A stretch of DNA of 56,896 nt, counting the filler, from Barthelona sp. PAP020 (taxonomy: Eukaryota), in NCBI GenBank assembly GCA_040182905.1. It is 4 parts of 4 records of this genome, joined end to end, with 100 filler letters (N's around TTAATTAATTAA, not from the genome) between each part and the next. Parts side by side here need not be neighbours in the genome. Positions count along the whole stretch, not along the records: positions 1 to 14,241 come from JARQWU010000303.1; 3 more parts are not named here. The stretch is one strand, 5' to 3'. A model generated the notes under the pieces. That model was given only the letters and a program-made list of their open reading frames with translations. It did not search any database and was not told where the DNA came from. Shown here in pieces: positions 1-12,300 of the stretch. Made by a program: the position numbers and the translations under genes. Position 1 is the first letter of the stretch. Every line of letters begins with the position of its first letter.

Positions 1-1
1 C

Positions 2-109
2 AGACGAGCGTTCGCATATAAAATCCCTCAATTCCCCCACCCCCACGGATGGTTTAATGAAGTCATAAATAAAATAAAAAAATTTAACAACGGAAAAAGA
101 GTGTTCTAA
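2..109 (+). CDS. Possible 3' end of a gene cut by the window edge (RRAFAYKIPQFPHPHGWFNEV...GKRVF*)
   Basis: Open frame from the edge to TAA at 107-109; no recognisable motif. Confidence 0.3.
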   Translation, partial: RRAFAYKIPQFPHPHGWFNEVINKIKKFNNGKRVF

Positions 110-160
110 AAATGAGTTTACTTTTTTTTTAATTAAGGATGAGATAAGTGAATATTAAGG

Positions 161-3100
161 ATGTATAAGAATTTTAAAATGGCTTTACCTCCTCATACAA
201 GGTTAAGCGACAATAAAATTTTTCCAGATGTGGATAACTTGCCTAATATTGAGCAATTTGTGGTTGAAACCGAATATATTACAAAGCAATATGCTGATTT
301 ACAAATTAAAGAAGCGCTCGACAACACTAACAAAATGAAAACTTCATTTGAAGATCATATTTCCAAAATTAAACAACATTATTTTGATATATTGCAAGCG
401 AATCGAAAAGCTGACCGAGATTATTTATTTAAAATAAATAAAAATCATGAGTCAAATATTGCAGATTTAGGAAATCAAGTCATTAAACAAAAAGAACTTT
501 TATCAAAGGTTAAAAGCATTTATACTGAAAAAAAGAGTGAATTTGTTGATGAATTGGAGCAATTTGCCGAAGAAGTTGGTAAAATTCAAATATCTATTGA
601 TGAAATGAAGAGAGCATCTTCTGAATTAGAAAGTGACAATGAATACACAAAAAAGAAGCTTATTCAAATGGATGGTGAAGCAAATGAAATATTACAAACA
701 ACTGTTAAAGTCTTGCAAGAATCGTTAGAAACATTGGATTTTGGACAAAGAGAAATTGAATCAAAAATGCCTTCATTCAAATGGGATCAATTGATGACAA
801 AGATTGTTAAATTAATTCAATCCTTTGAAATTTTCTTGGTTTCAGATGATACACAAACACATTTTTCTTCTTTATCATCACATTCATCAAAAGTTGCATT
901 GAATTCACCTTTAAAAAATTCAACTCAAAATGATGATGAAATATTATTATTTGACGAAATTTTAATAAATAGAAATGAGAATGAAAAGGTTGATTTTTCT
1001 GAAAGTTTTGAAAAAGTTTTAGAAAATTTGAAAATAAAAGAAAACATTGTAAAATTTCTTTCATTAGATAATTTATCAACCTCCCAAGTAGCAGAAAACT
1101 GTATCAAGGTATTTGAAGATTACATAATGTGTAGTGAAATGTTAATTAAATACAAGTATAATAAAGCTCAATTAGTACAATTAGAATTACTTGGTGAGAG
1201 TCAAAGGGTGAAATTTATGATGATGAATCAAATGAAAAATGAAACAGATGAAAAGGTTGATTATTATAACACAAGCAAGATAAAATTGAATAAAGTTTTG
1301 ACAGAAATATTCAATTATTTGCCTAATTATTTTATTAACTCTTGGAGACATTTAAAATTGGCAGAAAACCAAAATTTAGAAGTTAAATATGTTACGCCAG
1401 ATCCGATTTTGAAGAATGAACCAAATGAAAAGACATCAATAAAAAAAAGAAAAAGAGAAAAAAAAACAAAAAAAACAAAAAATGACAACAATAAGATAAA
1501 TGATCAAAATAATTCAAAAATTGTACCAGTGACAAGCATCAAAGAAATTGTGGAAAAAAATAAAAAACCAAATATAAAATTGATAAAATTGGAGAAAGAA
1601 TTGTCTTCAATGCAAAAAACAATTGACATTAAAGAAGAAGAGATTTTGATACTAAAAGAAAATGCAAATGATGAGACAATATCTAAAATTATTGTTGATT
1701 TTGAAAATGTTACAGAGTGGTCAGATTTGGATGAGTCGGAGGAAAATTTAGATGTTATTGAAGATGAAAAAATTAAAAATTCAAGAAATATAATAAATGA
1801 TGAATATACTGTGGAACTTAGAGGGAAGACTTCAAACGAAGATAATTTAACAGCAAAAAAAATTAAAATTAGTGAACCAACTGAAGATGAATTGGAAGAT
1901 ATAAGAATTGAAGCTTTAACGGGATACATTGCTTTGTCAATGGTAGATAGTGAATTGAAACGAAAGGAAAATGAATTGATTATGGAATATGAAAAAAAAT
2001 TAATAAACAGTGCAGATTTTGAAAAGTTACTGGAGGAACGAAGAATTTCAATGAATAATATTTTGAACAAATTAAAAGAAGAAAATATGAAGAAGCAAGA
2101 AAATTTTAGGGCCGCAGAATTGAAAAGTAAACTTGCTGACAAAGACGTAAATGATTTGTATGATCAATTAAAGAATAAAACCAACAAAGTTCAAGAAGAA
2201 ATGATTGAATTTGAACGAGAAATTGAAATGATAAGCATAAATATTCAAAAATTATCAAGTGTGATAGATGCAAATGAATCAACCATAATTGCATTGACAA
2301 AGCAAAATGAAGCTTTACAGAAGGAAATTAATAATTTCGATTTCAAAGGTACTGATGACCCGGAAAAAGACATAGCAAGTGATATCGAAAATATTAAGAA
2401 GGGTATTGAGAGAAACACCGTTGATTTTTCCAAATCTTTAAAAGAAACTCAAACGAAATTTGATATAGACATGAGTCAATTGCAAGAAGAATTGGGGAAA
2501 ATAAATAGTGATGGAAATAATAATTTGAATGAAGATAAGGAGAAATTGGAACATGAAATATTTGAGTTAACCAAAAATAAAAACAAAATTACGGACGGCA
2601 TCAATGAAATTAATAGTAGAATGAAGATTTCCAAAGAGAATCTGGAAGATTGTCAAGAAAAAATTGGAAGCTTAAACAGTGCTTTGGCTGAATATCGAGA
2701 AATATTAACAGACAAAGAAAATTTTGCTGAAAAGCTTTCTAATTTGAAAGAAAATACAATTAGATTGAATAATGCTTATGAGAAACAATTTGAACTTTTG
2801 AAAAAAGAGAAAAAGAAATTGGCGAAACTAGTTTGTAAGATAGAGTTTATGGTAGGCAACATTATTGTTGGAGTGAAATTGATTGGAAATTCTGATGAAA
2901 TAAAAAAACCTTATTCTGATGAAATCCATATTCTCAATAATGGTATGTTTGTTCCTTATATTGTTCACAGTACTTTTAATGAAAAAGCTAATGGTGAAGA
3001 TTTAATTAAACCGATAAAAGAACAATTGCAACAAGTTTGTCAAGGGTATAGTCTATTTATTAGTGGATTTGGTCCAGATTGTGAAATTAGAAATGAAACT

Positions 3101-3823
3101 TTATTTGGTGAAAATGGGTTGGCTCAAATTGTATTTATGAAAATTTTTTACGAAATTCGCAAGTTAAAAAAGACTGGGGCTAAAGTTCAAATAAAGTTCA
3201 AAGCATGTGGGTTGCTAAATAATAGTAGCATTATTGATATTCTATCGGATGATAACCAAGTTGTCAATTTAAAATCAAATGGAGAAACATTTATTGCAAA
3301 TTTATCGGATTTAACGTGCTCTGTGGGCAAACCAGAAGAAATTTTACAATATTTGCAAAAACTAAAAGAATTTGCAATGAATGATGAAGTTACTGTTGCA
3401 GCTATGCTTTCTGTATTAGTTTCCACGAAAAACTATGCTGTCATTTCAACCACAAAAGTTTTAGGATTAGGCTGTAATTCTAATAGTCTTTGGGATTTAC
3501 AAAATGGTGTTGAAGGTTGGTTAGTGAATGAAAGAGTTGAAGAAACTCCAGAATATCAAGCTATTTTATCCGGATACATCAATGGAAAAGGAAATGTTTA
3601 TTCAGTTTTTATTTTACCAAACCTCAAACAATTTTATTATCAAAATATCAAATTCTTGCATATGGCCACAAAATTTAGACAAATACAAAATAATCCCGAA
3701 AAAGAAGTTGTAAATCAAAAATTGATTGAAATGCTCCAAAAAATTGCTCAATTAAAGATGGAATTGCATGAAAAGGGAATTAATTATTTGGAAAATAATG
3801 AAAAAGAAGTTATTGAGGAATAA
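161..3823 (+). CDS. Long coiled-coil protein with a C-terminal degenerate kinesin motor-like domain (kinesin-14-like architecture)
   Basis: About 900 aa of coiled coil, then GNIIVGVKL, QQVCQGYSLFISGFG (cf. QSALDGYNVCIFAYG) and IKFLHMATKFRQIQNNP (cf. LSTLRFAxRxRxIxNxP). Confidence 0.7.
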   Translation: MYKNFKMALPPHTRLSDNKIFPDVDNLPNIEQFVVETEYITKQYADLQIKEALDNTNKMKTSFEDHISKIKQHYFDILQANRKADRDYLFKINKNHESNIADLGNQVIKQKELLSKVKSIYTEKKSEFVDELEQFAEEVGKIQISIDEMKRASSELESDNEYTKKKLIQMDGEANEILQTTVKVLQESLETLDFGQREIESKMPSFKWDQLMTKIVKLIQSFEIFLVSDDTQTHFSSLSSHSSKVALNSPLKNSTQNDDEILLFDEILINRNENEKVDFSESFEKVLENLKIKENIVKFLSLDNLSTSQVAENCIKVFEDYIMCSEMLIKYKYNKAQLVQLELLGESQRVKFMMMNQMKNETDEKVDYYNTSKIKLNKVLTEIFNYLPNYFINSWRHLKLAENQNLEVKYVTPDPILKNEPNEKTSIKKRKREKKTKKTKNDNNKINDQNNSKIVPVTSIKEIVEKNKKPNIKLIKLEKELSSMQKTIDIKEEEILILKENANDETISKIIVDFENVTEWSDLDESEENLDVIEDEKIKNSRNIINDEYTVELRGKTSNEDNLTAKKIKISEPTEDELEDIRIEALTGYIALSMVDSELKRKENELIMEYEKKLINSADFEKLLEERRISMNNILNKLKEENMKKQENFRAAELKSKLADKDVNDLYDQLKNKTNKVQEEMIEFEREIEMISINIQKLSSVIDANESTIIALTKQNEALQKEINNFDFKGTDDPEKDIASDIENIKKGIERNTVDFSKSLKETQTKFDIDMSQLQEELGKINSDGNNNLNEDKEKLEHEIFELTKNKNKITDGINEINSRMKISKENLEDCQEKIGSLNSALAEYREILTDKENFAEKLSNLKENTIRLNNAYEKQFELLKKEKKKLAKLVCKIEFMVGNIIVGVKLIGNSDEIKKPYSDEIHILNNGMFVPYIVHSTFNEKANGEDLIKPIKEQLQQVCQGYSLFISGFGPDCEIRNETLFGENGLAQIVFMKIFYEIRKLKKTGAKVQIKFKACGLLNNSSIIDILSDDNQVVNLKSNGETFIANLSDLTCSVGKPEEILQYLQKLKEFAMNDEVTVAAMLSVLVSTKNYAVISTTKVLGLGCNSNSLWDLQNGVEGWLVNERVEETPEYQAILSGYINGKGNVYSVFILPNLKQFYYQNIKFLHMATKFRQIQNNPEKEVVNQKLIEMLQKIAQLKMELHEKGINYLENNEKEVIEE

Positions 3824-4115
3824 ATGTTTCCGAACAGTTTATTATAAAAAAAGAATTGTAAATATTTGAATGGAATTTTTTCTTTTTCAAATTGTTTTTA
3901 CACAGAAATAGTTTGAACAAAAGTAGGGCGAATGTTTTAAGCATAGTTTTATCAGAAAAACATTTGTAGAATAATATTTTGTGAAAGTGAAGTTCAAAAT
4001 AGTTGTGAAACAAAATTTGCTGCCTCGGATAGTGTTATTTACTCAAAGATATTCACAAAATAAATATTTCCAATATTTAGACACTTTGCCCGTTGTTTTG
4101 AATAAATTAATTTAA

Positions 4116-4143
4116 TAATAAAATAAAATAAAATAAAATAAAA
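4116..4143. repeat. (AAAAT)n microsatellite
   Basis: About 5 tandem AAAAT units. Confidence 0.7.
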
Positions 4144-5104
4144 AATTTCCAGTAAGCATCATTCATATTATTGAATAAAGAACAGTAAACGTTGTTTAAT
4201 AGCATTAAAAATCAATCCACATTTTATTAGATATTTATGAGGTATGAGTTGTTCAGTGAACAACGAAACGAGTTAGCTTAAGGTTTGGGAAAAAACTCAC
4301 GTGGATTCAGATGCCCAAGTAATTTAAAAAATTGGTCCCAAAGGTGGTCAAGAAACAACAAATAAAGGAAGTGATATTTGATGACCTCTTTATATCTCCA
4401 ATAAATTCCGTTCATTGAGCATGAACTTCCACATTTTCTCAAAAATCAAAAAGATCACTTGGGAATTGTTGGCTACTAGAGATTTTTTCAAGCGAAAATT
4501 TGGTCCAGTTGTGAAACAACTATATTTATTTACAAAGAAAGTAAACTCAGAAAACTCCTTCTTGCAAATTTCAGTCATAATCCCAGAAGGGGAATTGACG
4601 GCCTGAAATGTAATTGGAACGATCAAGTAGGAGAATTTCGGAGAATTTCTTCATTCCTATTTTTTTGTATTTTTTGGAAAAGCAAAATTTTAAAGTTTAA
4701 ACTTTACTTTAGAAAATCTAAAGTTTTTCAACAGATCAATCGGGCCTCGAAAGCCCTTAACCTAAAAAACACTATTCTTTTTTATTCACTCATACCACAG
4801 TGCTTCTTGAATTGGAAAAAAAATAAAGGGAAAACCTTTACAACCAACAAAAAAGAATAAATTTGAAACGCACCTTTAGATTTTTTGAATGATTTTTCTC
4901 AAAAAAAATCTTGCTTGGCAGACAAAGAGAGGACGAAGATGTGTCAACAACAAACTTTGCCTGAAATTCAGTTATTCTTTTGACACACAAACCATCTTTT
5001 GCCTTCTTTTTTAAATTTCAACTCTATCATGGAAAAAATCTATTTTACATGTTGACAACTGAAAATCATCTCCATTATCATATCTTTTTGAAACACAGGA
5101 AGAA

Positions 5105-5320
5105 ATGGTTATCCCTTCAAACAAACAAAAAAATCTTTCTTTAAAAAAGAAACAGATATATACTTGTTACGTATGTTACAATTCTTCTTACAGCACGATG
5201 ATAAATAGAACGAACAAAGACACTTTGTTGTCATATCTTTGTTTGAATTGTGTCGCCTCTCTTTTCCCCGAAAGCTCAATTTCAACGATTTTCAATCAAA
5301 AAGGGAACAAAAAGCATTAA
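5105..5320 (+). CDS. Possible small zinc-binding protein
   Basis: 71-aa ATG ORF with two CxxC pairs (CYVC, CLNC). Confidence 0.3.
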   Translation: MVIPSNKQKNLSLKKKQIYTCYVCYNSSYSTMINRTNKDTLLSYLCLNCVASLFPESSISTIFNQKGNKKH

Positions 5321-5605
5321 ATCTTTTCCAATATCTTGTCTGAGGCCTACTAAGAGGCTCAGTTCAAAAACAAATTCTTGTTCAATTTTTGAGGGTAAAT
5401 TTGTATCTTTCAGCTTAAAAAAATTTGTCAAGAGTTAAAAACAATTTTACAAAAAACAATCATCTTTTTACAAAAAATATAGTTTTTTCCACACTTAAAA
5501 ATAAATAATTTACACTTATTAACATTATGACAGAAAATATTCAATTGTAAACAGATTAAGAATATGAAAAAAAGCAGTCAATGTCAGTTTTTGAAGGTTT
5601 TGTGC

Positions 5606-7885
5606 TTAATTTTCACTAAAACACAAACTGTTGGGTGGATACAAGGAATCAGGAAATTGAGGAATGTTTAATTTCAAATAATTTGCCACAACTTTCATTT
5701 CTTCTTTCAAATCCTGACTAAGTGGTGACGGTTTTATCTTATTTGAACAAGACAAATTTGTTTCATCCTTTTTTATGTCAAGCCTCACGAAATTGTATTT
5801 ATCTGGAAGATATTGTCCATAAACTCGGCTGTATTTCATACTTTTAACCAAATTTACCAAAAACGTCTCATTTATAAATATTTTCAAACTTTCTTCCAAA
5901 TTTTCTCCATAATTTAGAATTTGCAAAATATTTGCATTATTTTGGGGCTGAAGTAAAGTCTCGATTAAGAATGTGTCCAAATAAATATTCTTAAAATCAA
6001 GTAAATCTGAGATATTGTATGTTCCCAAAACACTCATTGAAAATTCATCACTTCCTTCATATTCTTTTCCATCTAAACACATAAAAACTGGATACACTTT
6101 CGAATCAATTTTTACATTATGTTTAGTGAGTTCATTTATAACTAAATTGTAATCTGGTGAAAGGGAAACATCTGTTTCTAGAAACAGAAAAGGAACAATA
6201 TCATTTGAAACAATGATAGGCTGATATAAACTTTTCAAAAATGCCAATTTTTCAAAACTTTCAAAATTTAATTCTAAAACATCTTCGACAGTGACAATAA
6301 GTGTCATGCTATTCTTTATGTTATTTCTTATGATATCATAAATTAAATTTTCATTTTTTCCAAAATATTGAAGCCAAATAGGGATATAATCTTGTTTTTC
6401 AACATCAGATTTACTGATTTGATTCAAAATATGTTCAAAAGTATCCGTTAAACTTGTAATGTCACTTTCAAACATCCTTATTATGGTCAAATATTCTCTA
6501 GATGTCATCAATGATAAAAACTGTTTTGATGAATAAACATTAAAAATTCGACAATTTTTTAAAGTGATATTAAAGCCAGCTTTTAAATCATAAAAATCAT
6601 CCCACTCAATCATACTGTGAGTTTTATCGGGTATTTGTGCAATAAGATCATTGTAGCTCACACATCCAAGATCATATAAATTGCAAACTTTTTCAATATC
6701 AGTAACCTTGGAAATATGTTGACTAAAATGTTCAAAAGCAGGATCATATATGGCATTCATAGCAAATGTTACATCAAATGGAAGAATATTGGGGAATATT
6801 GGAAATTTACAAGTAATATCATTTGGTACAATGGAATATCTAACAGTATCTAAATTACAAACACGTGTATAAACTGGTCCAATATAATTTGAATACAAAT
6901 AACCTCGGGTTTGCAGAAACAATAAAGTGTCATGAAATGATGCAGGAACTGAAAAATATTCAGTTAAAACAACTACATCCATTAAAAGGTTAAAAACTGG
7001 AGGGGTCAGAACAAAAGGTTGAGCAATCCAAAGCCCATAATGTTGCAACGTAGACATTTCCATTTGAATCTGTTCTTCATCATAAGGAGTAACAAATTTA
7101 AATGTATTAAAATCAAAATTCAATTTCTTTGTTCCCTTGAAACCTAACAAAATCGGCAATTCCGCTGATGAACTCTGATGATGAGATTTTATGGTTTTCC
7201 TGGCAAACAAAAAGAAATCTTTACTCACAAACTGCTCATTATCAACAATAACAACAGGGGAACGTAAATGAATATTCATCTTTTTCAATAAAAGCATCAT
7301 TTCGTATGTACTCACTTTTGATTTTACAATTAAGTCACTATATTCATGTTCATTTGGTAAAGGCAGTTTTACAGCAGTGTAGCTGTATAACTTATAAATT
7401 TTATTCACTAATTCATGATCAAAACCAGTAAATATCAATACATTATTCTCAACACCTGGCAAATTGTAACTAAATGTACCAATTAAGGACCTGAGGGAAT
7501 TTAAATCATTACCATCCACATTCACTATTGATATTAGGCATTCATCATTTGGTGCATATTTTATGTAATTTTTGGCATACATTTTTGGAACCAATGTGAG
7601 GTTCAACCAAAAACAAGATCCCAACAAAACAGATCCATCAGAAGGACCAACTTCATCATTTGGCTTATCTGGAAATAATGGATAATGTTCATCACCAGTT
7701 GTTTTCAATATTCTAATAATAACTACAATTATTAAGATGCAAAAAATCGCTCCGATAATTGTTAAAAGATCTCTTCTCTTTTTCAATTGTCTTTTCGTCT
7801 GAGGCAATACAGTAATATTTAAAATTTCTCCATCAGTTTCACTATCATTTTCATGGTTTATCGGAATATCCGATATGGCTGGCAT
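5606..7885 (-). CDS. Type II membrane protein of unknown function (Golgi glycosyltransferase-like topology)
   Basis: First ATG at 7885; KKRR followed by one TM helix (LLTIIGAIFCILIIVVII) and a large luminal domain. Confidence 0.7.
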   Translation of the reverse strand: MPAISDIPINHENDSETDGEILNITVLPQTKRQLKKRRDLLTIIGAIFCILIIVVIIRILKTTGDEHYPLFPDKPNDEVGPSDGSVLLGSCFWLNLTLVPKMYAKNYIKYAPNDECLISIVNVDGNDLNSLRSLIGTFSYNLPGVENNVLIFTGFDHELVNKIYKLYSYTAVKLPLPNEHEYSDLIVKSKVSTYEMMLLLKKMNIHLRSPVVIVDNEQFVSKDFFLFARKTIKSHHQSSSAELPILLGFKGTKKLNFDFNTFKFVTPYDEEQIQMEMSTLQHYGLWIAQPFVLTPPVFNLLMDVVVLTEYFSVPASFHDTLLFLQTRGYLYSNYIGPVYTRVCNLDTVRYSIVPNDITCKFPIFPNILPFDVTFAMNAIYDPAFEHFSQHISKVTDIEKVCNLYDLGCVSYNDLIAQIPDKTHSMIEWDDFYDLKAGFNITLKNCRIFNVYSSKQFLSLMTSREYLTIIRMFESDITSLTDTFEHILNQISKSDVEKQDYIPIWLQYFGKNENLIYDIIRNNIKNSMTLIVTVEDVLELNFESFEKLAFLKSLYQPIIVSNDIVPFLFLETDVSLSPDYNLVINELTKHNVKIDSKVYPVFMCLDGKEYEGSDEFSMSVLGTYNISDLLDFKNIYLDTFLIETLLQPQNNANILQILNYGENLEESLKIFINETFLVNLVKSMKYSRVYGQYLPDKYNFVRLDIKKDETNLSCSNKIKPSPLSQDLKEEMKVVANYLKLNIPQFPDSLYPPNSLCFSEN

Positions 7886-8135
7886 TGCTGAACTCAAAAG
7901 AACCTTTTAAATTTTTCTTTTTCCAATCGAATTAAACCTTCTTAACCACTTTCAATTCTTTTAAAATATCAGAACACAATCAACATTATCAATAATTAAA
8001 CAGAAAATGACCATAAATATTATTTATATGTTTATTTCATTAGGGAAACATTGAACAACAATTTTCTTTTTTTTGAATCATTTTTCTTTTACACCCACAG
8101 AAAAAAGACACAATACAATCAAATAATATATGTGT

Positions 8136-8990
8136 TTACTGAGAGTAATCACTATCAAAACCAGATAATGTTGGGTCCAAACCATCAAAATCACTGTAAA
8201 TTTCTTCTTGATTATTCTTATTTGATGCTGTGTCTTCCAAAGGTTGAGTGGATGTAGACTCAACAGACGGTTGATTTTTCTTTTCTTCTAAATTTCCTAA
8301 TTGCGATTGAGAAGCGGTTCTCAAATGACTATTGCCCAGAGAGAGATTTTCAGAACTAGGATCATTCTTTGAAGCAGATACATTTGAAACATTCAAATTG
8401 GTTGTTTGTTGAACGTTTCCCAAAACTCTATTTGATCCAAGAACTTTTGTCGAGCTAGGTTTATTAATATTTTGTAGGGAAATGTTCTTTTCGAATTGTC
8501 TTTCCCTTTTTTTCAGTTCGGACGTTTTGCGAATTTTCTGAATAGTTGATAAATCTGTTGAAAATTGACCCAAAGCTGGTCCCAACATTCTCAAACAACG
8601 TTTAATCCCATCCGTTATCGCCTCTTTTTTAGCATTTCCGATTGCCAAAAATTTATCATTTTGATTTAGTGATGTTCCAAATCCCATGTTCATTTGAAAA
8701 GCTCCATTTCTCAACGTCACTTTGATTAAAGATGATGCACACACTGAATATTTTGTGTAATTGCCAACAGTTTTTTCAACACAATCATCCAAATCCAAAG
8801 ATATAATTTCAGTTGACCATCCATCTGGTCCTAATATCTTATTAGCTTTAATAAATACAGACATAGCAGGCAAGTAATGAATCGAAGATCCTCCTGGAAT
8901 TGGTCGTGTCAATAATTCATCAAATTCGGGATATTCCAAGAGTTCTTTTCTAATACGTTTGGAATATTCATCATTTTCGGAATCCTTCAT
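8136..8990 (-). CDS. RAD52: DNA repair/recombination protein Rad52
   Basis: RPIPGGSSIHYL, ANKILGPDGWS, VKVTLRNG-like IKVTLRNG, MGFG, AKKEAITDGIKRCLRMLGPALG; first ATG at 8990. Confidence 0.93.
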   Translation of the reverse strand: MKDSENDEYSKRIRKELLEYPEFDELLTRPIPGGSSIHYLPAMSVFIKANKILGPDGWSTEIISLDLDDCVEKTVGNYTKYSVCASSLIKVTLRNGAFQMNMGFGTSLNQNDKFLAIGNAKKEAITDGIKRCLRMLGPALGQFSTDLSTIQKIRKTSELKKRERQFEKNISLQNINKPSSTKVLGSNRVLGNVQQTTNLNVSNVSASKNDPSSENLSLGNSHLRTASQSQLGNLEEKKNQPSVESTSTQPLEDTASNKNNQEEIYSDFDGLDPTLSGFDSDYSQ

Positions 8991-9300
8991 TAAAAGACTT
9001 ATCAAACGAAAAAAAAAAATAATATTTGGACAATCAAAAACCTGTTTATCTTTGTTTTCTTTTCACAATTGGATCTCAAAATTCAACTTAAAATTTCAGA
9101 ATAATTAAACAATTAAACATTTTTAAATCGATTCTTTAAAAAAAAAAAGGCAAAACAGCGATTTATTTTGACCTTTATCAATAAATTTGTTCTTTGTATA
9201 TGTGTTTGTCAGTTGATTGGAAAAAATCTTTTTAAAATACTGAAAAAAAGAAAGTTTGGGCTTTATTGCGAAAAAAATCAAATGCTTGAAAAATGTTTTC

Positions 9301-12300
9301 TTACTGAAGAAATACATCATCTTCCTCTTCAAATTGAATAAAAACAATCTCTTCATCATTTTGGTTTGGGGTCACGAAAAAATCTCCCAGTTTTAACGAA
9401 GTTGTCTCTGAATGATCGAGAGTTGAATTGAAAATCCTTTTCCACATTGCATTTAAAATAGAAAATAAAATGGCAACAACAATACATATGAACAATAATA
9501 TCTCAGAAGCTGTGAATAGCTTTTTACCCTCAACATATGAATCACTAGAAGTGAAAAGAATATTGAATGACATGTTTCTTTTGATAAAACCTTCAAAATC
9601 CTCAAAACTGACAGCAAAATACATGACAAATTTATCTACATTTTCCACACCAATATCCTGACTCTCAAAAGGAACCCAATCATTAATGTGATATATCCCC
9701 AAAACTTTTCGAACATCATCATTTTTGTGTCCAATAAATATTTTTTTAAATTTGTTTTTTAAAGAAATTTTCAAGGCCATATATATCACATTCTCTTCAA
9801 AATTAAAAAATAGGGGATTCGATAAATTGAATCTAATTATATCTTCACCACTAACTTTCCTTAATTCAACATTATAGCTACTACCATTGAGAATATTATC
9901 ATTGTTAATCTCAACAAATTCATTCAACTTCGAATTTAAGGATTGATTGAAACATAAAGGAGTTGATTTACTAACATTGACCTCTATTGCAGTATTACAT
10001 AATCTAATGTTGTTAGTGGTTGTTGAAGAAGATATATTTTGTGAAAAAAAAGATGAAATTCCAAAGAAACGCAATTTTTCATTTTCAACATAACCTTCCA
10101 TGCTATCATCCAAATGTTTAATTACCACACTTTCAATACAACTTGATTTAGGAATGAAAAAAGCATTTTCAAAAAATCCGAAAGACGTGAACTGATTAAT
10201 CACCTCCAAAGAGACATTTCGTTCATTATTCATAATATAAATATCTTTTGAACATTTATTGGCATCCAACTCCTCTTGATTCAATTGGAATGTTATAGAA
10301 AAATATTTTTTCACCTTAATGAAATCAAATTTGTATTCTCTATCATTTTTAATCAATAAATATTTGACTTTTGTGTCTTCATTCAAATTTTCAATGTCAA
10401 AATCCATTTTGGGATAATAAACATCAGGAAACTTAATATTTTGAACATAGGTAAGCAACCTATCGACAGAATAACTGCGAATATTATTTTCTATTGATTT
10501 TGGATTCTCAAAATAAGTATGAAATTTTCCAGGATACAGGATAAACATAAAGACTCTGATCAAACCATTATTTGCATTTGTTTTAAACATTTCAGGTTGT
10601 ACCAAAAACCTTCTCCATTCTATTTTGTGTTCATTGCTTTTTTGATAACTTTCCAAATAAAAAGAATCATCAATAGAACCTTTTTCACAATATTGATATA
10701 AAACAATCAATTTTCTTTCTTTAAGTTCAAAATACCCATCTTTTTCATCAATATAAAATAAAGTACCATTTTTAAAATCATTATTTAAAAGAGAAAAACT
10801 ATTGGAGATGTGTGATAGACTTTTAAGTTGATATTTTGGTCCAAAATCAATAAAACAACTAGATCCAACAAATTTCTCTATTGTTTCATAATCAAAGAAA
10901 TAGAATTTTAGGGAAGTATCAAAAATAAAAGAATATTTGCTGCTTTCATAAGAAAATGGAGCGATATTTTGTTTAGAACTATCAATATCAACATGAGAAT
11001 TGTTAAAAGTAAAAATTAAAAAAACTTTGTAAATAATATCATTTTCTTGGATTATCAACGAATCAAAGTTAGTTTGTCCCATTATTGAATCAAACACTTT
11101 GTATCCCATTAACTTATCATCAATTAAAAATGTTGAACTGTTTAAAAGAAATCTTTCTCCTTTTAAGTATTCAAAACTACAAGTACCACATTCACATGTT
11201 TGTAAAAAAAACCATAAGGAAGATTCTCTATTGCGTTTACTTGATGTAAAACTCCAATACCATTGTAAATTAGTTTTCAAAAATAAATGTATTGAACTAT
11301 TGGGATATATTAATACTTTATTGTCCAAATTTTCAAAAAAATCGTCCATTGATGAATTTAAAATTAATTTGACATAAGTTTCTTTCACATCATTGATTAC
11401 CATGAGATTGTTATCCTTTAATTGATGAAATGAATGAAGATATGGCCCACCAATTTTCTTATGCTGAAAATTCTGGGTTGTGGGTTCATATAAATGTTGA
11501 GTTTCTCCTTTACTTTTGGATAACTTGGTGGAAAGATAGAAATGAGCCTGAATATTCTTCAACACAGAAGGCTCAAATGTGATTTCAACCTTAAAATTCT
11601 CCTCAATTTTGATATAATTACAATATTGCCAAAAAGAATTTTCAAAATCACAGTCTTGAAGAATATCAATTCTATTAATTCCAGATTTGTTTTTTACAAA
11701 CAATGTGCTAATTTTATGATCACTGCAAATGAAAAGATAGTGAGTGTTCAAAGTTTCTTTTCCTTCATTGTTGACAAAATATATCATTGAAAACAATGGA
11801 ATCCAAACATTGATCTGTTTGAAACAGTCACTATTCCAAATCAGCTTTTTACTACCAACTAATACCAATTCCCATCGGTCTTGCCAACATTCATTTAATG
11901 TCTCATAATAATTCCAATCAACATAGAAATCTTGAACAAAATTTTTGTGGTCTTCCACACCATAATTTACAAAGTTTGAAATATTTCCCTTACTATGCAA
12001 GCTATCATAAAGGCTTTTCTCAATTGACTGTGCAACAAATGTCATTCTACCAAATAAAATGAAAAATGAAATGTTGTCACTTTTTGCCAACACAAAAGAG
12101 TAACTGAGCGTGTTTTCTTCAATTCTGTAATCAAAAGAATGACATCTTATTGTGCCAATATGATCATTGTCATTAATATGTGAGATTATACAGCCTTCAG
12201 AAACATTATTACCCCTAGAAAAAGATGGCAACAATGTAATCAAGTAATAAATTTCATCATTTGTACCTATATTATATTGAGTGTTGTCAAAATGAAAAAC

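Noticed and set aside
4242..4276. 35-nt GT-AG segment after ATGAG as an intron
   Set aside because: No CTAAC branch point, and the spliced product stops after about 15 codons
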